DNA from: a virus
Lineage: Duplodnaviria; Caudoviricetes
Strand: one strand, 5' to 3'
DNA: 37,118 nt
Virus record (IMG/VR): IMGVR_UViG_3300037483_000661
Coordinates: 1-37,118 of that record
Shown here: positions 1 to 8,575 of the stretch, piece after piece
How positions within the stretch are numbered: position 1 is the stretch's first letter
Layout: the number at the start of each line of letters is the position of its first letter
Notes under the pieces: generated by a model
What the model was told of the DNA's origin: nothing
Databases searched by the model: none
What the model saw: only the letters and a program-made list of their open reading frames with translations
Translations under genes and position numbers: made by a program

Positions 1-123
1 CGTCCGCGAGCTGGGGCCCGGCAACCGCGACGGCCGCGAGCTGCGGCGCCGCGAGGGTAAAGTCGGTGAGGAGCGCGCGATCGAACCCCGCGGGCAGCAC
101 GAGGACGACCCCGTCCAGGACGA
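1..123. repeat. Exact 123-bp terminal direct repeat (copy 1); circular-assembly overlap
   Basis: Bases 1-123 (cgtccgcgagctgggg...ccgtccaggacga) are identical to 36996-37118, and a minus-strand ORF reads through the junction in frame. Confidence 0.97.
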
Positions 124-1480
124 CCGCCACCAGGAGGTCGCCGACGGTCAGGACGTGGGCCTGCACCAGCGCCGGCGCCTCGAGGTTGGCGGCGACCAGG
201 AGGTCCGCCGGCGCGAGCTGGTTCGCCTGGGTGAGGGCAACCCCGTCGAGGACGGTCGCGACCGCGAGCGCCGCCACCTCGAGGAGCGTCCCGGTCGTCA
301 CCGTCACCGGCTCGAGCGTGACGGCCACCGCCAGGTCCTCGACCGCGAGCTGGTTCGCCTGGGTCAGCGCGGGCGCGTCGAGCGTGGCGGCGACGGTGAG
401 GTCCGCCGGCGCCAGCTCGCCCGCGACCTGCAGCGTGACGTCCTCGATCCCCGCGGCGACCAGGAGGTCCGCCACGGTGAGCTGGCCGGCTTGGGTGAGC
501 GCGATCGTGTCGAGCGTCCCCGCCACCGCCAGGGAGGCGACGGCCAGGACGTGCGCCTGGGTGAGACCCACCGCCTCGAGCGTGGCGGCGACGTCGAGAC
601 CGGCCACGTCCAGGACGTTGGCCTGGGTGAGGGCGGGCGCGTCCAGCGCGGCCGCGACCGCGAGGTCCGCGACGGCGAGCTGGTTCGCCTGGGTGAGGGC
701 GATCGCGTCGAGCGCAGCCGCGACCGCCAGATCCTCGACCACGAGCTGCACGGCCCCGCCCGCCGTGACCCGGACCACCACCCGGCGGGCCGGACGGAAC
801 TCGCCGAGTATCACCCCAGACGGGGACAGTGGGCCGCCGGTGACGCTCAGAGTCCGGCCGGCACCGCCATGGTCGTACACGTCGGGCGAACCATCCATCC
901 ACCAATCCCCGACGAGCGACGCGCGCTGCATCGCTCGCAGCGCATACCGCTCGACACGCACCTGGCTGGCGGAGATATCGGCCGCCCACATGCGCCACCG
1001 CGCAAACCAGCCATCAAAGGGGCTGGTCGGCGCGTTGTAGCGCGCGCCGAGTCGCAAGAGAGGATTTGAGCCGCTGGCGTACGTAACGGTGCGTGAGGCA
1101 TCGGGCACGACATTGCCATCGAGATAGACGCTGCTGGTCCCAGTACCCAGGGGCACCCGGAACCATAGGTAATACCATCGATCGAGGGCGAGGGTGGAGC
1201 CCGCCGTGACCCCCTCGGTGTTGTAGTCGCGGAGACTCAGTTGACCAGTCGTGTTGATCTGCAACGCGGCCCCAGTGAAGGCTCGGGACAGCCCCGCAAT
1301 CATGGCATAGCCAGATGCAGGATAGCTGGCAATCCGCACCCAGCCAGCCAACACCGTCGCGGTGTTGTTCGCCTGTACTGCCGTGCGGCTCAGATATTGG
1401 GTAGAAGCCGCGATGAGCCGGAGACTACGGGCAGTCACCGGCCACCGGGGACGGACGGACGGCGGGGTGAGGATCAACAC
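1..1480 (-). CDS. Putative tail fibre/virion protein, 5' part: N-terminal LamG/ConA-like domain plus ~10 tandem 22-aa repeats; continues across the junction to a stop at 36952 (507 aa total)
   Basis: Not in the ORF track. Hand translation from GTG at 1480 (after GGGGTAGG) gives MLILTPPSVRPRW...TVLAGWVRI...LALDRWYYLWFR...SVYLDG...LRLGARY...FDGWFARWRMW (LamG-like pattern), then LTQANQLAVADLAVAAALDAPA-type repeats, with no stop before the contig end. Confidence 0.8.
   Translation of the reverse strand, partial: MLILTPPSVRPRWPVTARSLRLIAASTQYLSRTAVQANNTATVLAGWVRIASYPASGYAMIAGLSRAFTGAALQINTTGQLSLRDYNTEGVTAGSTLALDRWYYLWFRVPLGTGTSSVYLDGNVVPDASRTVTYASGSNPLLRLGARYNAPTSPFDGWFARWRMWAADISASQVRVERYALRAMQRASLVGDWWMDGSPDVYDHGGAGRTLSVTGGPLSPSGVILGEFRPARRVVVRVTAGGAVQLVVEDLAVAAALDAIALTQANQLAVADLAVAAALDAPALTQANVLDVAGLDVAATLEAVGLTQAHVLAVASLAVAGTLDTIALTQAGQLTVADLLVAAGIEDVTLQVAGELAPADLTVAATLDAPALTQANQLAVEDLAVAVTLEPVTVTTGTLLEVAALAVATVLDGVALTQANQLAPADLLVAANLEAPALVQAHVLTVGDLLVAVVLDGVVLVLPAGFDRALLTDFTLAAPQLAAVAVAGPQLAD
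100..752 (-). repeat. Degenerate 66-bp (22-aa) tandem coding repeat, ~10 units
   Basis: Recurrent + strand word cgagctggttcgcctgggtgag; protein units LTQANQLAVADLAVAAALDAPA / LTQANVLDVAGLDVAATLEAVG / LTQAHVLAVASLAVAGTLDTIA etc. Confidence 0.9.
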
Positions 1481-1489
1481 GGCCTACCC

Positions 1490-2053
1490 CTACTGGATCT
1501 CGTCCACGATCGGATCGAAGACCACGTGGCACTCGACATCGTCCGAGTGCACGGCGGCCCCCGCCTGGTTCACCACGACGAGCGTCCCGTAGCGTTCCTT
1601 GGGATAGAAGCCCCCCACGAGGCCGACCTGTACGGTCGTCGTGGCTTGCGCCGTCACAACCATCGTCCCGACGGGATCGAGCTGCTTGAGCGAGGCGTCG
1701 AGGTTGGACGAGTAGCCGGCGTAGGCGGCATCGCTCCCGCTCACGCCGCCGGGGTTCCCGTTCGCCGCCGTGGCGTCGGGACTCCACGCGATGTAAAACT
1801 CGACAATGTCGCCCGCCACGGGCGTCGCCGCGAACTCGATGGCCGCGATGATGTGGTAGTAGCCCGCCCGCGTCGCCCCGAGGTCGAACTTGGCCGACTG
1901 GCGCGCGGCGTTGTCGGCCACCGAGGCGAGCGACAACTGCACGTCGGTCGGCGTTCCCTGTTCGAGGCTTGACCCGGCCGCCGGGGAGAAATCCCCCGCG
2001 TGATCCGCGAAGGAAAGCTGGGTTCCGGTTTTCAGCAGGACCTCGTTAGCCAC
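1490..2053 (-). CDS. Hypothetical phage protein, probably virion structural (beta-rich, 187 aa)
   Basis: Protein-like composition, GAGGAGGG RBS before the GTG start, tightly packed among tail-associated genes. Confidence 0.7.
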   Translation of the reverse strand: MANEVLLKTGTQLSFADHAGDFSPAAGSSLEQGTPTDVQLSLASVADNAARQSAKFDLGATRAGYYHIIAAIEFAATPVAGDIVEFYIAWSPDATAANGNPGGVSGSDAAYAGYSSNLDASLKQLDPVGTMVVTAQATTTVQVGLVGGFYPKERYGTLVVVNQAGAAVHSDDVECHVVFDPIVDEIQ

Positions 2054-2057
2054 GGGA

Positions 2058-2480
2058 CTAACCCTCCTCTCGCAGCGCGCGCGCTACGTCCAGGTGACTC
2101 ACGGGTTGCCCGAGTACCTGCTCGGCGCGGCTGCCGTCTCGCGTGGCCAAGCCCACGAGCGCCGCGCGCGTCGCCGTCCCGGCCCCGAACGCATCCACGA
2201 ACGCCTGCCGCACGTTCACGTCCGATACGTCGACCTGCCCGGCCGAGATGATGAGTTGGAGACTCTGTTTCTGCGCGGCCGTGAGCGCCGCCCAGTCTCC
2301 GGGCACGATGGCGTTGACGATCCGGTACGCCTCGATGACGCCCCGGTTCACGCGGATGGCGGCGTTCGGCGCGTTGAGGAGATCGGCCAGCCCGGCCGTG
2401 TGGCCTGACGCGACCAGGGCCGCGTAGCCCAGCCCCGCCGGGTCGGTCGTCAGCTCCGTCTTAAGCGCGGTCAGGTCCAT
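2058..2480 (-). CDS. Hypothetical phage protein (140 aa, MDLTALKTELTTDPAGLGY...)
   Basis: Clean ORF with typical amino-acid usage, in operon orientation. Confidence 0.7.
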   Translation of the reverse strand: MDLTALKTELTTDPAGLGYAALVASGHTAGLADLLNAPNAAIRVNRGVIEAYRIVNAIVPGDWAALTAAQKQSLQLIISAGQVDVSDVNVRQAFVDAFGAGTATRAALVGLATRDGSRAEQVLGQPVSHLDVARALREEG

Positions 2481-2523
2481 GTCAACCCCCCGCCGGCGCC
2501 GGGAACACCCGTTGCGCCCGCCA

Positions 2524-3150
2524 TCAGCTACTCCGCTCCGTGAGCCAGCGCGTGTAGGCCTCCTGACAGATGCGTTGGCCCTCAGAGGTCAGCCGCTCAT
2601 AGCCGAGGATCCCACTGGCCCCGTTCCACAGCAGGCCGATCGCGCAGAATTGTTGCGTGCCCCCGGGAGGCACGTCCACGATGGCAGGACGGATATAGAG
2701 TCCCGCCAGTTGGTTGATGATGCTGGTATCGGCCTGGACGCTATCGGGACGATTGGGTGGGAGTGGAGTCACGGTGAAGCTGAACACCGATGAGGCAGTC
2801 CAGGAACTCGTCAGGCCGAGGGTGTCCCGCGTCCGCACTTCCGCGACGAGATTCCCGATGGTAACCCCGAGCGGTGGCGTCACAAGACGCAGGGTATCCA
2901 CTCGCTGCCCAGCGGGCGTCGTGCCCGTGGCGAGGATCGCGCTCGCCCCTTGGCGGAGCCGCGTGTCATAGCCGGCGATGGGTGCCTGCCGCTGGCCCAC
3001 CGTGGCCGGCGCCCACCGGATCACGATCCGCACGGAGTCCCCCGCCTGGAGGACGGAGGCCGTGACGCCGTGTGGCGGACCGTTGTCCCCGCTTGCCGAG
3101 GGACAGGCCGTGAGGGCGAGACAGAGTCCGAGTAAGAGGAGTCCCTTCAT
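2524..3150 (-). CDS. Lipoprotein with FnIII-like and Ig-like domains (208 aa)
   Basis: Start reassigned to ATG 3150 after GAGGTG; signal/lipobox MKGLLLLGLCLALTA-C; FnIII-like IRWAP...IAGY...EVRTRDTLGLTSSW; Ig-like IRPAIVDVPPGGTQQFCA. Confidence 0.7.
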   Translation of the reverse strand: MKGLLLLGLCLALTACPSASGDNGPPHGVTASVLQAGDSVRIVIRWAPATVGQRQAPIAGYDTRLRQGASAILATGTTPAGQRVDTLRLVTPPLGVTIGNLVAEVRTRDTLGLTSSWTASSVFSFTVTPLPPNRPDSVQADTSIINQLAGLYIRPAIVDVPPGGTQQFCAIGLLWNGASGILGYERLTSEGQRICQEAYTRWLTERSS

Positions 3151-3182
3151 ACCACACCTCCGGGGTTGTCGTGACTTGTCGT

Positions 3183-3551
3183 TCACTTCGGCACGTTCCG
3201 CAGGAGGTCCGCGAGGGCCACGAAGATCCGGACGAGGAAGTTCTCGCTCGCGTGCGCCGCCTCGCCGCTCATGGTGAACGACGCCGCGATCGCGATCATC
3301 AGCCCGACGATCGCGAACGGCGTCCCGTAGAGCAGAAACGTCATGTTCGGCTGCTGTTGGAGCACGAACACCGGCACCAGGGCAAACCCGGCCCCGATGA
3401 CGATGAACAGGAGCCCGAGCAGGATCATCCAGACCCCGTGCCCGAGGGACCTCGACTTCTCCTCTGCCTTCGCCTTCGGCATGTCCGGGTCGAGCGCCAA
3501 CAGCGCCGCCGTGGTCTGATTTGGGTCGAGCATCAGTCCGTCTCCCTTCAT
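3183..3551 (-). CDS. Putative holin (2 TM helices)
   Basis: Two hydrophobic segments (VWMILLGLLFIVIGAGFALVPVFV; FLLYGTPFAIVGLMIAIAASF); ATGA-coupled to the endolysin. Confidence 0.6.
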   Translation of the reverse strand: MKGDGLMLDPNQTTAALLALDPDMPKAKAEEKSRSLGHGVWMILLGLLFIVIGAGFALVPVFVLQQQPNMTFLLYGTPFAIVGLMIAIAASFTMSGEAAHASENFLVRIFVALADLLRNVPK

Positions 3552-4099
3552 GGCGTGCCTCGTTTGGGCGTGGGGAGGACGCCCCACACGTCCAGCCAGA
3601 GCTTGCCGAACTCGATCCACGGCCCCGGGTCCGGCTTGGGATCGTCCCGCACCCAGGGCCCGGACACGTGCTCGTGACCGAGCACGTAGCCGATCGACGG
3701 GAACCGCTCGGCCCAGTCCCGGCAACACCAGGCGAGGGCGCGGAGCTGGGCCGGCGGGAACGGACAGTCACGCCCGCGGAGCTCCCGGACGAGCGTCGCC
3801 AAGGTGTGACTGCCGGCCACCAGGAGCTCGACGCCGAGCGTGCGGCGGTTGAGTCCGCTCGTCGTGCCGTGGCGGCTGTGCCCGGCGTGCCAGGCGATCC
3901 GGTCGTCCGGGACCGCCTGGACGATCGCGCCGGCCGGGTCGATCAGCCGGTGCGCCGCGAACCCCGTGGCCTGGAGGTGCTCCCACGCCGGCACGCCGTT
4001 GACGAGCTCGCCCATCGCGTGCACGATGACACCGTCCGGCGCCGTCAGAATCCCCCGGTCCGGGTGCTCGAGGAGGCGGACAGTCAGCGGCGGCGTCAT
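3548..4099 (-). CDS. Endolysin, N-acetylmuramoyl-L-alanine amidase (Amidase_2 type)
   Basis: Motifs VIVHAMG, AAHRLID, IAWHAG, N..TLGVEL, LGHEHV, KPDPG. Confidence 0.9.
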   Translation of the reverse strand: MTPPLTVRLLEHPDRGILTAPDGVIVHAMGELVNGVPAWEHLQATGFAAHRLIDPAGAIVQAVPDDRIAWHAGHSRHGTTSGLNRRTLGVELLVAGSHTLATLVRELRGRDCPFPPAQLRALAWCCRDWAERFPSIGYVLGHEHVSGPWVRDDPKPDPGPWIEFGKLWLDVWGVLPTPKRGTP

Positions 4100-4473
4100 C
4101 GATCGCCCTCCTTCGCCGAGGGTGTATAGCGGTCGTGGCGGTCGAGGAGCACGGCGATATCGCGGCCGTGCCCGTCCAGGATGGCGAAGATGCGGGCCCG
4201 CTCCCGGCGTGCGTCCTCGTTGTCACGGCCGCGCGCATCCTGTTCTCGGTGCAGCCGGTCGTGCACCTCCCGATCCCGCCGGCGGAGATCGTTCCACGCC
4301 CCCGCAATGAGGAGCGTCACGACGCCGAGCAGGGCGCTCGCGATCCAGAGGACCACGTCGGGCTGGTTGCCGGACGCCCCGCTCCCCTGAGCGGCGGCCG
4401 CGCGGACCGTCGCGCCCACGGCGGCGGCGGCGACGCCGGCGGCCACGGCGAGCGGGAGGGCGGGCTGGATCAT
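4096..4473 (-). CDS. Membrane protein with coiled-coil tail (lysis-cassette associated)
   Basis: ATG 4473; TM VVLWIASALLGVVTLLIAGAW followed by a charged coiled coil; overlaps the amidase start. Confidence 0.6.
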   Translation of the reverse strand: MIQPALPLAVAAGVAAAAVGATVRAAAAQGSGASGNQPDVVLWIASALLGVVTLLIAGAWNDLRRRDREVHDRLHREQDARGRDNEDARRERARIFAILDGHGRDIAVLLDRHDRYTPSAKEGDR

Positions 4474-4712
4474 CGCGTCCCCGGCACGCCGACGCCGAGC
4501 CCGGCCCGGTGCAGTGCGGCCCGGCACCCATCACACGCCCACAGGGGGGCGGTCGGCGCCCGCCGGCCGCGCGTGGGGACGCGGGCCCGGGCGGCCGCGG
4601 GGAGGCCCTCGAGGGCGACGATCATGTCGGCCGCGCGGAGGTGGCCGCAGCAGGGCGCCCGCACCGGGCGGGCGGGTGGCGTGATGCCGTGCGCCGCCGC
4701 GTACGTGGTCAT
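4470..4712 (-). CDS. Small Cys-containing hypothetical protein (80 aa)
   Basis: ATGA overlaps at both ends; PCCGH and CDGC motifs. Confidence 0.55.
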   Translation of the reverse strand: MTTYAAAHGITPPARPVRAPCCGHLRAADMIVALEGLPAAARARVPTRGRRAPTAPLWACDGCRAALHRAGLGVGVPGTR

Positions 4713-7700
4713 GCGGCCTCCACCGGGACGAACAGGACGCCGTCTTCGTCGTTCGGAGTGGCGCTTTCCACGCTGTCGGTCGCCGTCGTATAGGTCGCCC
4801 CGGCGGCGGCGTCGGCGTCGGTCGCGAGGTTGAAGCCGTGGACCGCGAGCGACGTCTCGCCGGTCCCCGTCGCCGTCACCGCCTTGATCCGGACGCGCAC
4901 CTTGCTGCTGCTGTCGAGCCCCGACACGTTGACGGTCCGCTGTTCGTGGCTCCACGTGGCGACCTCGTCCCCGGGATCCAGGACGAACCACTCCTCCTGG
5001 GCGACGGCGTACGCCTTCGTCGCCCGCTCCACCCAATCCCCGCCGGCCCCGCTCTCGGACGTGTCGATGGCCACCGTGATGGTCAGGCTCGTCCGCCCCC
5101 CACCCTCGAGGGCATGGGCCCGGAGCTCGACGCTGTAGTGGACCACGTACGCGGCGTCGTTCGCGGGCGCATCGGCGAGCGTGAGTTCCGTCGCCTCCCC
5201 GAGCGCGTCCAGCAGGTTGGTCGTGGGGAAGTCGTCGTCGCGGGCCGTGATGACCCCGGGGGCGACGTTCTGGGCAACCACATCGAACCCCGTCGTCGAG
5301 ACGTTGGTGGCATGGACGCGGAGGATGCGCTCCCCCGTCCAGCTATCGTCGAACGTCCGGACCTTGAGCGCCGCCAGGAGCAGGACGGGGGCGTTCTGGT
5401 ACGCCTGCCCGAACACCCGACTGTCCCCGTCTCGGCCGAACAACGACTCCTCGACATGCCGTGCGAGCGCCGAGATGAGCGGGCCGTCGTAGATCCGGAC
5501 GTCGCTGGCCAGGTGGCCGTCCGCCTCGCCTTGGGGGGCGTACTTGCCGTCGTCGTAGATGGTGGCCCGCCGGATCCGGAGGAGGTCGTCGTCGCCAATG
5601 GACGGCGGCTCGCCCTCCCACTCGTCGACGCCGACGAACGACACCCGGACCCAGGCGGTGGGTGGGCCCGTCTCCCAGCCGTCGCGGATGTGCGCGGCCT
5701 GATACCAGTAGGCGCCCCCATCTGAGGGCAACGGATCCTGATAGGTCCGCTGGGTCCCGGGCACGATCGCCACCACGACGGCGTCGGTCAGCTCGAGCTC
5801 CGTGATGGCCGGGCCGCTCCCGGGCGTGTTCGTGAGCTCGAGCCGCCAGTAGCGGTGCGTCCCCGCCGCCGGCCAGCTCGCCCGGTTCCAGCCGGCCAGA
5901 TTCGGGGGGAAGCCCGTCAGCACGGTGACCCAATCGACGCCGTTGTCCGACCACTGGAGGTCGTAGAACCCGCCATAGGTGTCGGCGTCGAGATAGAGGC
6001 CGAGGTCCGTCATCGCCCGGGCCCCCGCGGCGCCGAGGTCGATCGTCAAGGTCGCGCCACTGCTGGCGGCGTCGGTGTCCCACGCCGTGGCATCCGTCGC
6101 CCCGTCCACGGCGGCGTCGGCGTCGAAGCTGCCGAGTCCGCTCCCAGTGAGCATCGCGGCCAGGAGGCCGGGCGAGCCGCCCGCATCGGGGGACCGGCGG
6201 ATCTGGATCGCGAACGCCGGATCTCCGGCCACGAGCCGGAGAACGGCCACGACGCCCGTGACGTCGTCCGTCGGCTCCTCATCGGGGACGACCGGTTCGT
6301 CGGTCGGGCGCGGCGGAATGAGGGTGGCGGTCGCCCGCAAGGGCCCCATCGCCGGCGCCGGGAGCGCCGCCCCCGGCGTGGCGGTGTCCGTGATCTCCGT
6401 GGAGACGCCGCCGAAGCCATCCCGGTGCCGGACCCCGAACGTGCGCTGCTGCCCCGTGGCGAGCCCGTGGAACGTGTGCTGCGTCGATCCCGCGGGCAGC
6501 GTGACCTGGGGCGTCGTGTCGAGCGAGTACTCGACGGCGTACGCCGGTTCCTCGAGCGTCGCCTCCACCAGCACCGACCGCCCGAACGCCGTCGCGGTCA
6601 CGGCGGAGGGGGGCGTGAGCGCCTCCGTCGTCACGTCGTCCACCGCCGACCACCCGGACCGGACGCGCGTCGGCGCGGTCGCCCGGGCCCGGACCGAGAT
6701 GAGCGTCCCGGAGGGTCGGTTCCCGACCACGATCGTCTCGTTCGCGACGTCGGTCCGGACCGTGATCCAGTCTTCGGCCGCCGGTGCGGAGCCGTGCGCC
6801 ACCTCCACGATCGCGGTCGCGCCCGCGGGGACGTCGCTCACGGTGATGTCGACCCGGTGTTTCGGGGTCGCCGTGTTCTGCGCGACCGCGACCGTCGGCG
6901 TGGCGAGCGGCTGCGCCTTGGGGCCCGCGTCGAGGTACAGGTACACGTACGTCGCGCGCTCGGCGTCGTAGACGCGCCGCCGCTCGAGCACGTGCACGAT
7001 CCGGAGCCCGGACCGGGCGCCGGTCTCGGGGTTGGGCCCGTGCAGGTCGTCCTGGTTGAGGATGACGAGATCGCCGGGCACGGGCGCGTCGGCCACCACG
7101 GGCCCGACGAGCTCGCCCACTTGCGGCCCGTCCTGGAAGCGGTCAAAGGTGTCGGTCTTGAGCCCGGCGAACACGCCCTCGACGTCGACGTCCCGGAAGA
7201 CCGCGTCGGTGGGCTCGAAGATGGCCTCCCGCAGCCCCAGGTCCTCGACCGTGTCGGCCTCGACGCGCCGCTCCCAGGCGATCGAGGCCAGGGGCAGCGG
7301 GAAGTCGTACACCGTGAGGCGCGTGCGGGCCTTGAGGACGACCGCGGTGATCGCCTCCCCGCCCGGGTTGCGCCACGTGGGCCCGCTGAGGACGGTCCCC
7401 GCATGGAACTCGTACAGCGTGTCGGGGTCGATCGCCGCCGGCGGCCGCAGGGACCGCGGCGCGATCCGGCCGATCGCGTCCACGAACGGGACCAGGGTGA
7501 ACGGTCGGCAGAGCTGCGCCTCGATCCACCGGTCGCGGACTTGGGGTCCCTGGATCCGCCACCAGGGCGCCGGGTAGCTGTCCGCGGCCAGGGCAGTGAA
7601 CGCCGCGGGATCGTAGCGTTGGGTCGGGCTACCGTGGAGCCCTTGCAGGATCTCCTCCCAGACGTCCCCCGGGCGGAGACCGGTGTCCCGGCTGCCGAGC

Positions 7701-8575
7701 AGGTACGGGGTCGCCGCGGTCGTGGGAATCCCGCCCGGCCAATAGAGCCGGCCCGTGACCCGATCCCCGACGTCGAGGCCGTGCCCCGGCCAGTACACCC
7801 AGACGCTCATCCAACTCGGCTCGGCGGAGGCCATGAGCGGCCCCAGGCGGTCCTTGTTGATGAAGCCGAACGTGCCCGCGGGCCCGGTGACGCCCGGGAT
7901 GAGGTCGAACCCATTGACCAGGCGGTCGACGCCGCCCGTGCGGAACCGCAGCTCGCGGAACGCCCCACTCGTCGGCGTCATGTCCTCGAGGTAGTCGTTC
8001 CGCAGGACCTCCACCATGGTCGAGGACACCCGCACCAGGCCGTCCGGCTGGGCGAACTGCACGTGATCCGTCGTCACCAGGACGACCCGGTACGTCCGCT
8101 CGCCGGCGGCGCTCCGTCCCATCCAGGCGCTCGTCGCGCCGGGCGGGTCGAGCTGCCAGCTCATCGTCCGTTCGAACAAGAGCGTCCGCCGCTCAATCCA
8201 CCGCTCGTCCGAGCACTCGAGCTGGTAGCGACCCTCCGGCCCCGTCTGCAGGTTCGAGCAGCGGCGCGTGTCCACGGTGGCAAAGGCGCCGCCGTCCGTG
8301 GCTAGGCGGAGCTCGAGGATCCGGCCGAGCATGGTCAGACGGCCACTCACGGCGAGTGCGGCCGTGAAGTCGCCGTCGACGTCCAGGATCTCGATCCAGT
8401 AGGGGGTGTTCTCGGTGCGGCCCTCCGTCGGGCGGACCGTCTGCCCGCCGAACGTGGGGACGCCGACGAACCGGCCATGCGCGATCGTGAACTCGACGGT
8501 GCCGTCCGTCGGTGTCTCGGTGCCCCGCGCATGGATCCGGAGCTCGAGCGTACGGGCCGCGCGGGTGACGGTCAT
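4709..8575 (-). CDS. Large tail-tip/host-specificity protein (1288 aa) with FnIII-like repeats and an F5/8-type C (discoidin) domain
   Basis: Position after tape measure and distal tail gene; FnIII-like ISVRARA...SGWS; discoidin-like AAVDG...TAW...LTIDLG...YDLQWSDNGVDW...HRYWRLELT. Confidence 0.8.
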   Translation of the reverse strand: MTVTRAARTLELRIHARGTETPTDGTVEFTIAHGRFVGVPTFGGQTVRPTEGRTENTPYWIEILDVDGDFTAALAVSGRLTMLGRILELRLATDGGAFATVDTRRCSNLQTGPEGRYQLECSDERWIERRTLLFERTMSWQLDPPGATSAWMGRSAAGERTYRVVLVTTDHVQFAQPDGLVRVSSTMVEVLRNDYLEDMTPTSGAFRELRFRTGGVDRLVNGFDLIPGVTGPAGTFGFINKDRLGPLMASAEPSWMSVWVYWPGHGLDVGDRVTGRLYWPGGIPTTAATPYLLGSRDTGLRPGDVWEEILQGLHGSPTQRYDPAAFTALAADSYPAPWWRIQGPQVRDRWIEAQLCRPFTLVPFVDAIGRIAPRSLRPPAAIDPDTLYEFHAGTVLSGPTWRNPGGEAITAVVLKARTRLTVYDFPLPLASIAWERRVEADTVEDLGLREAIFEPTDAVFRDVDVEGVFAGLKTDTFDRFQDGPQVGELVGPVVADAPVPGDLVILNQDDLHGPNPETGARSGLRIVHVLERRRVYDAERATYVYLYLDAGPKAQPLATPTVAVAQNTATPKHRVDITVSDVPAGATAIVEVAHGSAPAAEDWITVRTDVANETIVVGNRPSGTLISVRARATAPTRVRSGWSAVDDVTTEALTPPSAVTATAFGRSVLVEATLEEPAYAVEYSLDTTPQVTLPAGSTQHTFHGLATGQQRTFGVRHRDGFGGVSTEITDTATPGAALPAPAMGPLRATATLIPPRPTDEPVVPDEEPTDDVTGVVAVLRLVAGDPAFAIQIRRSPDAGGSPGLLAAMLTGSGLGSFDADAAVDGATDATAWDTDAASSGATLTIDLGAAGARAMTDLGLYLDADTYGGFYDLQWSDNGVDWVTVLTGFPPNLAGWNRASWPAAGTHRYWRLELTNTPGSGPAITELELTDAVVVAIVPGTQRTYQDPLPSDGGAYWYQAAHIRDGWETGPPTAWVRVSFVGVDEWEGEPPSIGDDDLLRIRRATIYDDGKYAPQGEADGHLASDVRIYDGPLISALARHVEESLFGRDGDSRVFGQAYQNAPVLLLAALKVRTFDDSWTGERILRVHATNVSTTGFDVVAQNVAPGVITARDDDFPTTNLLDALGEATELTLADAPANDAAYVVHYSVELRAHALEGGGRTSLTITVAIDTSESGAGGDWVERATKAYAVAQEEWFVLDPGDEVATWSHEQRTVNVSGLDSSSKVRVRIKAVTATGTGETSLAVHGFNLATDADAAAGATYTTATDSVESATPNDEDGVLFVPVEAA

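Noticed and set aside
66-1069. + strand repeat ORFs 66-1040 and 155-1069
   Set aside because: Shadows of the minus-strand fibre gene that crosses the contig junction
4305-4322. Self-target for the guide predicting CCAAGGGGAGCGTCACCA
   Set aside because: Only 14/18 identity inside a coding region; plausible by chance in a GC-rich 37-kb genome. I found no perfect self-target by eye, though an exhaustive search was not run
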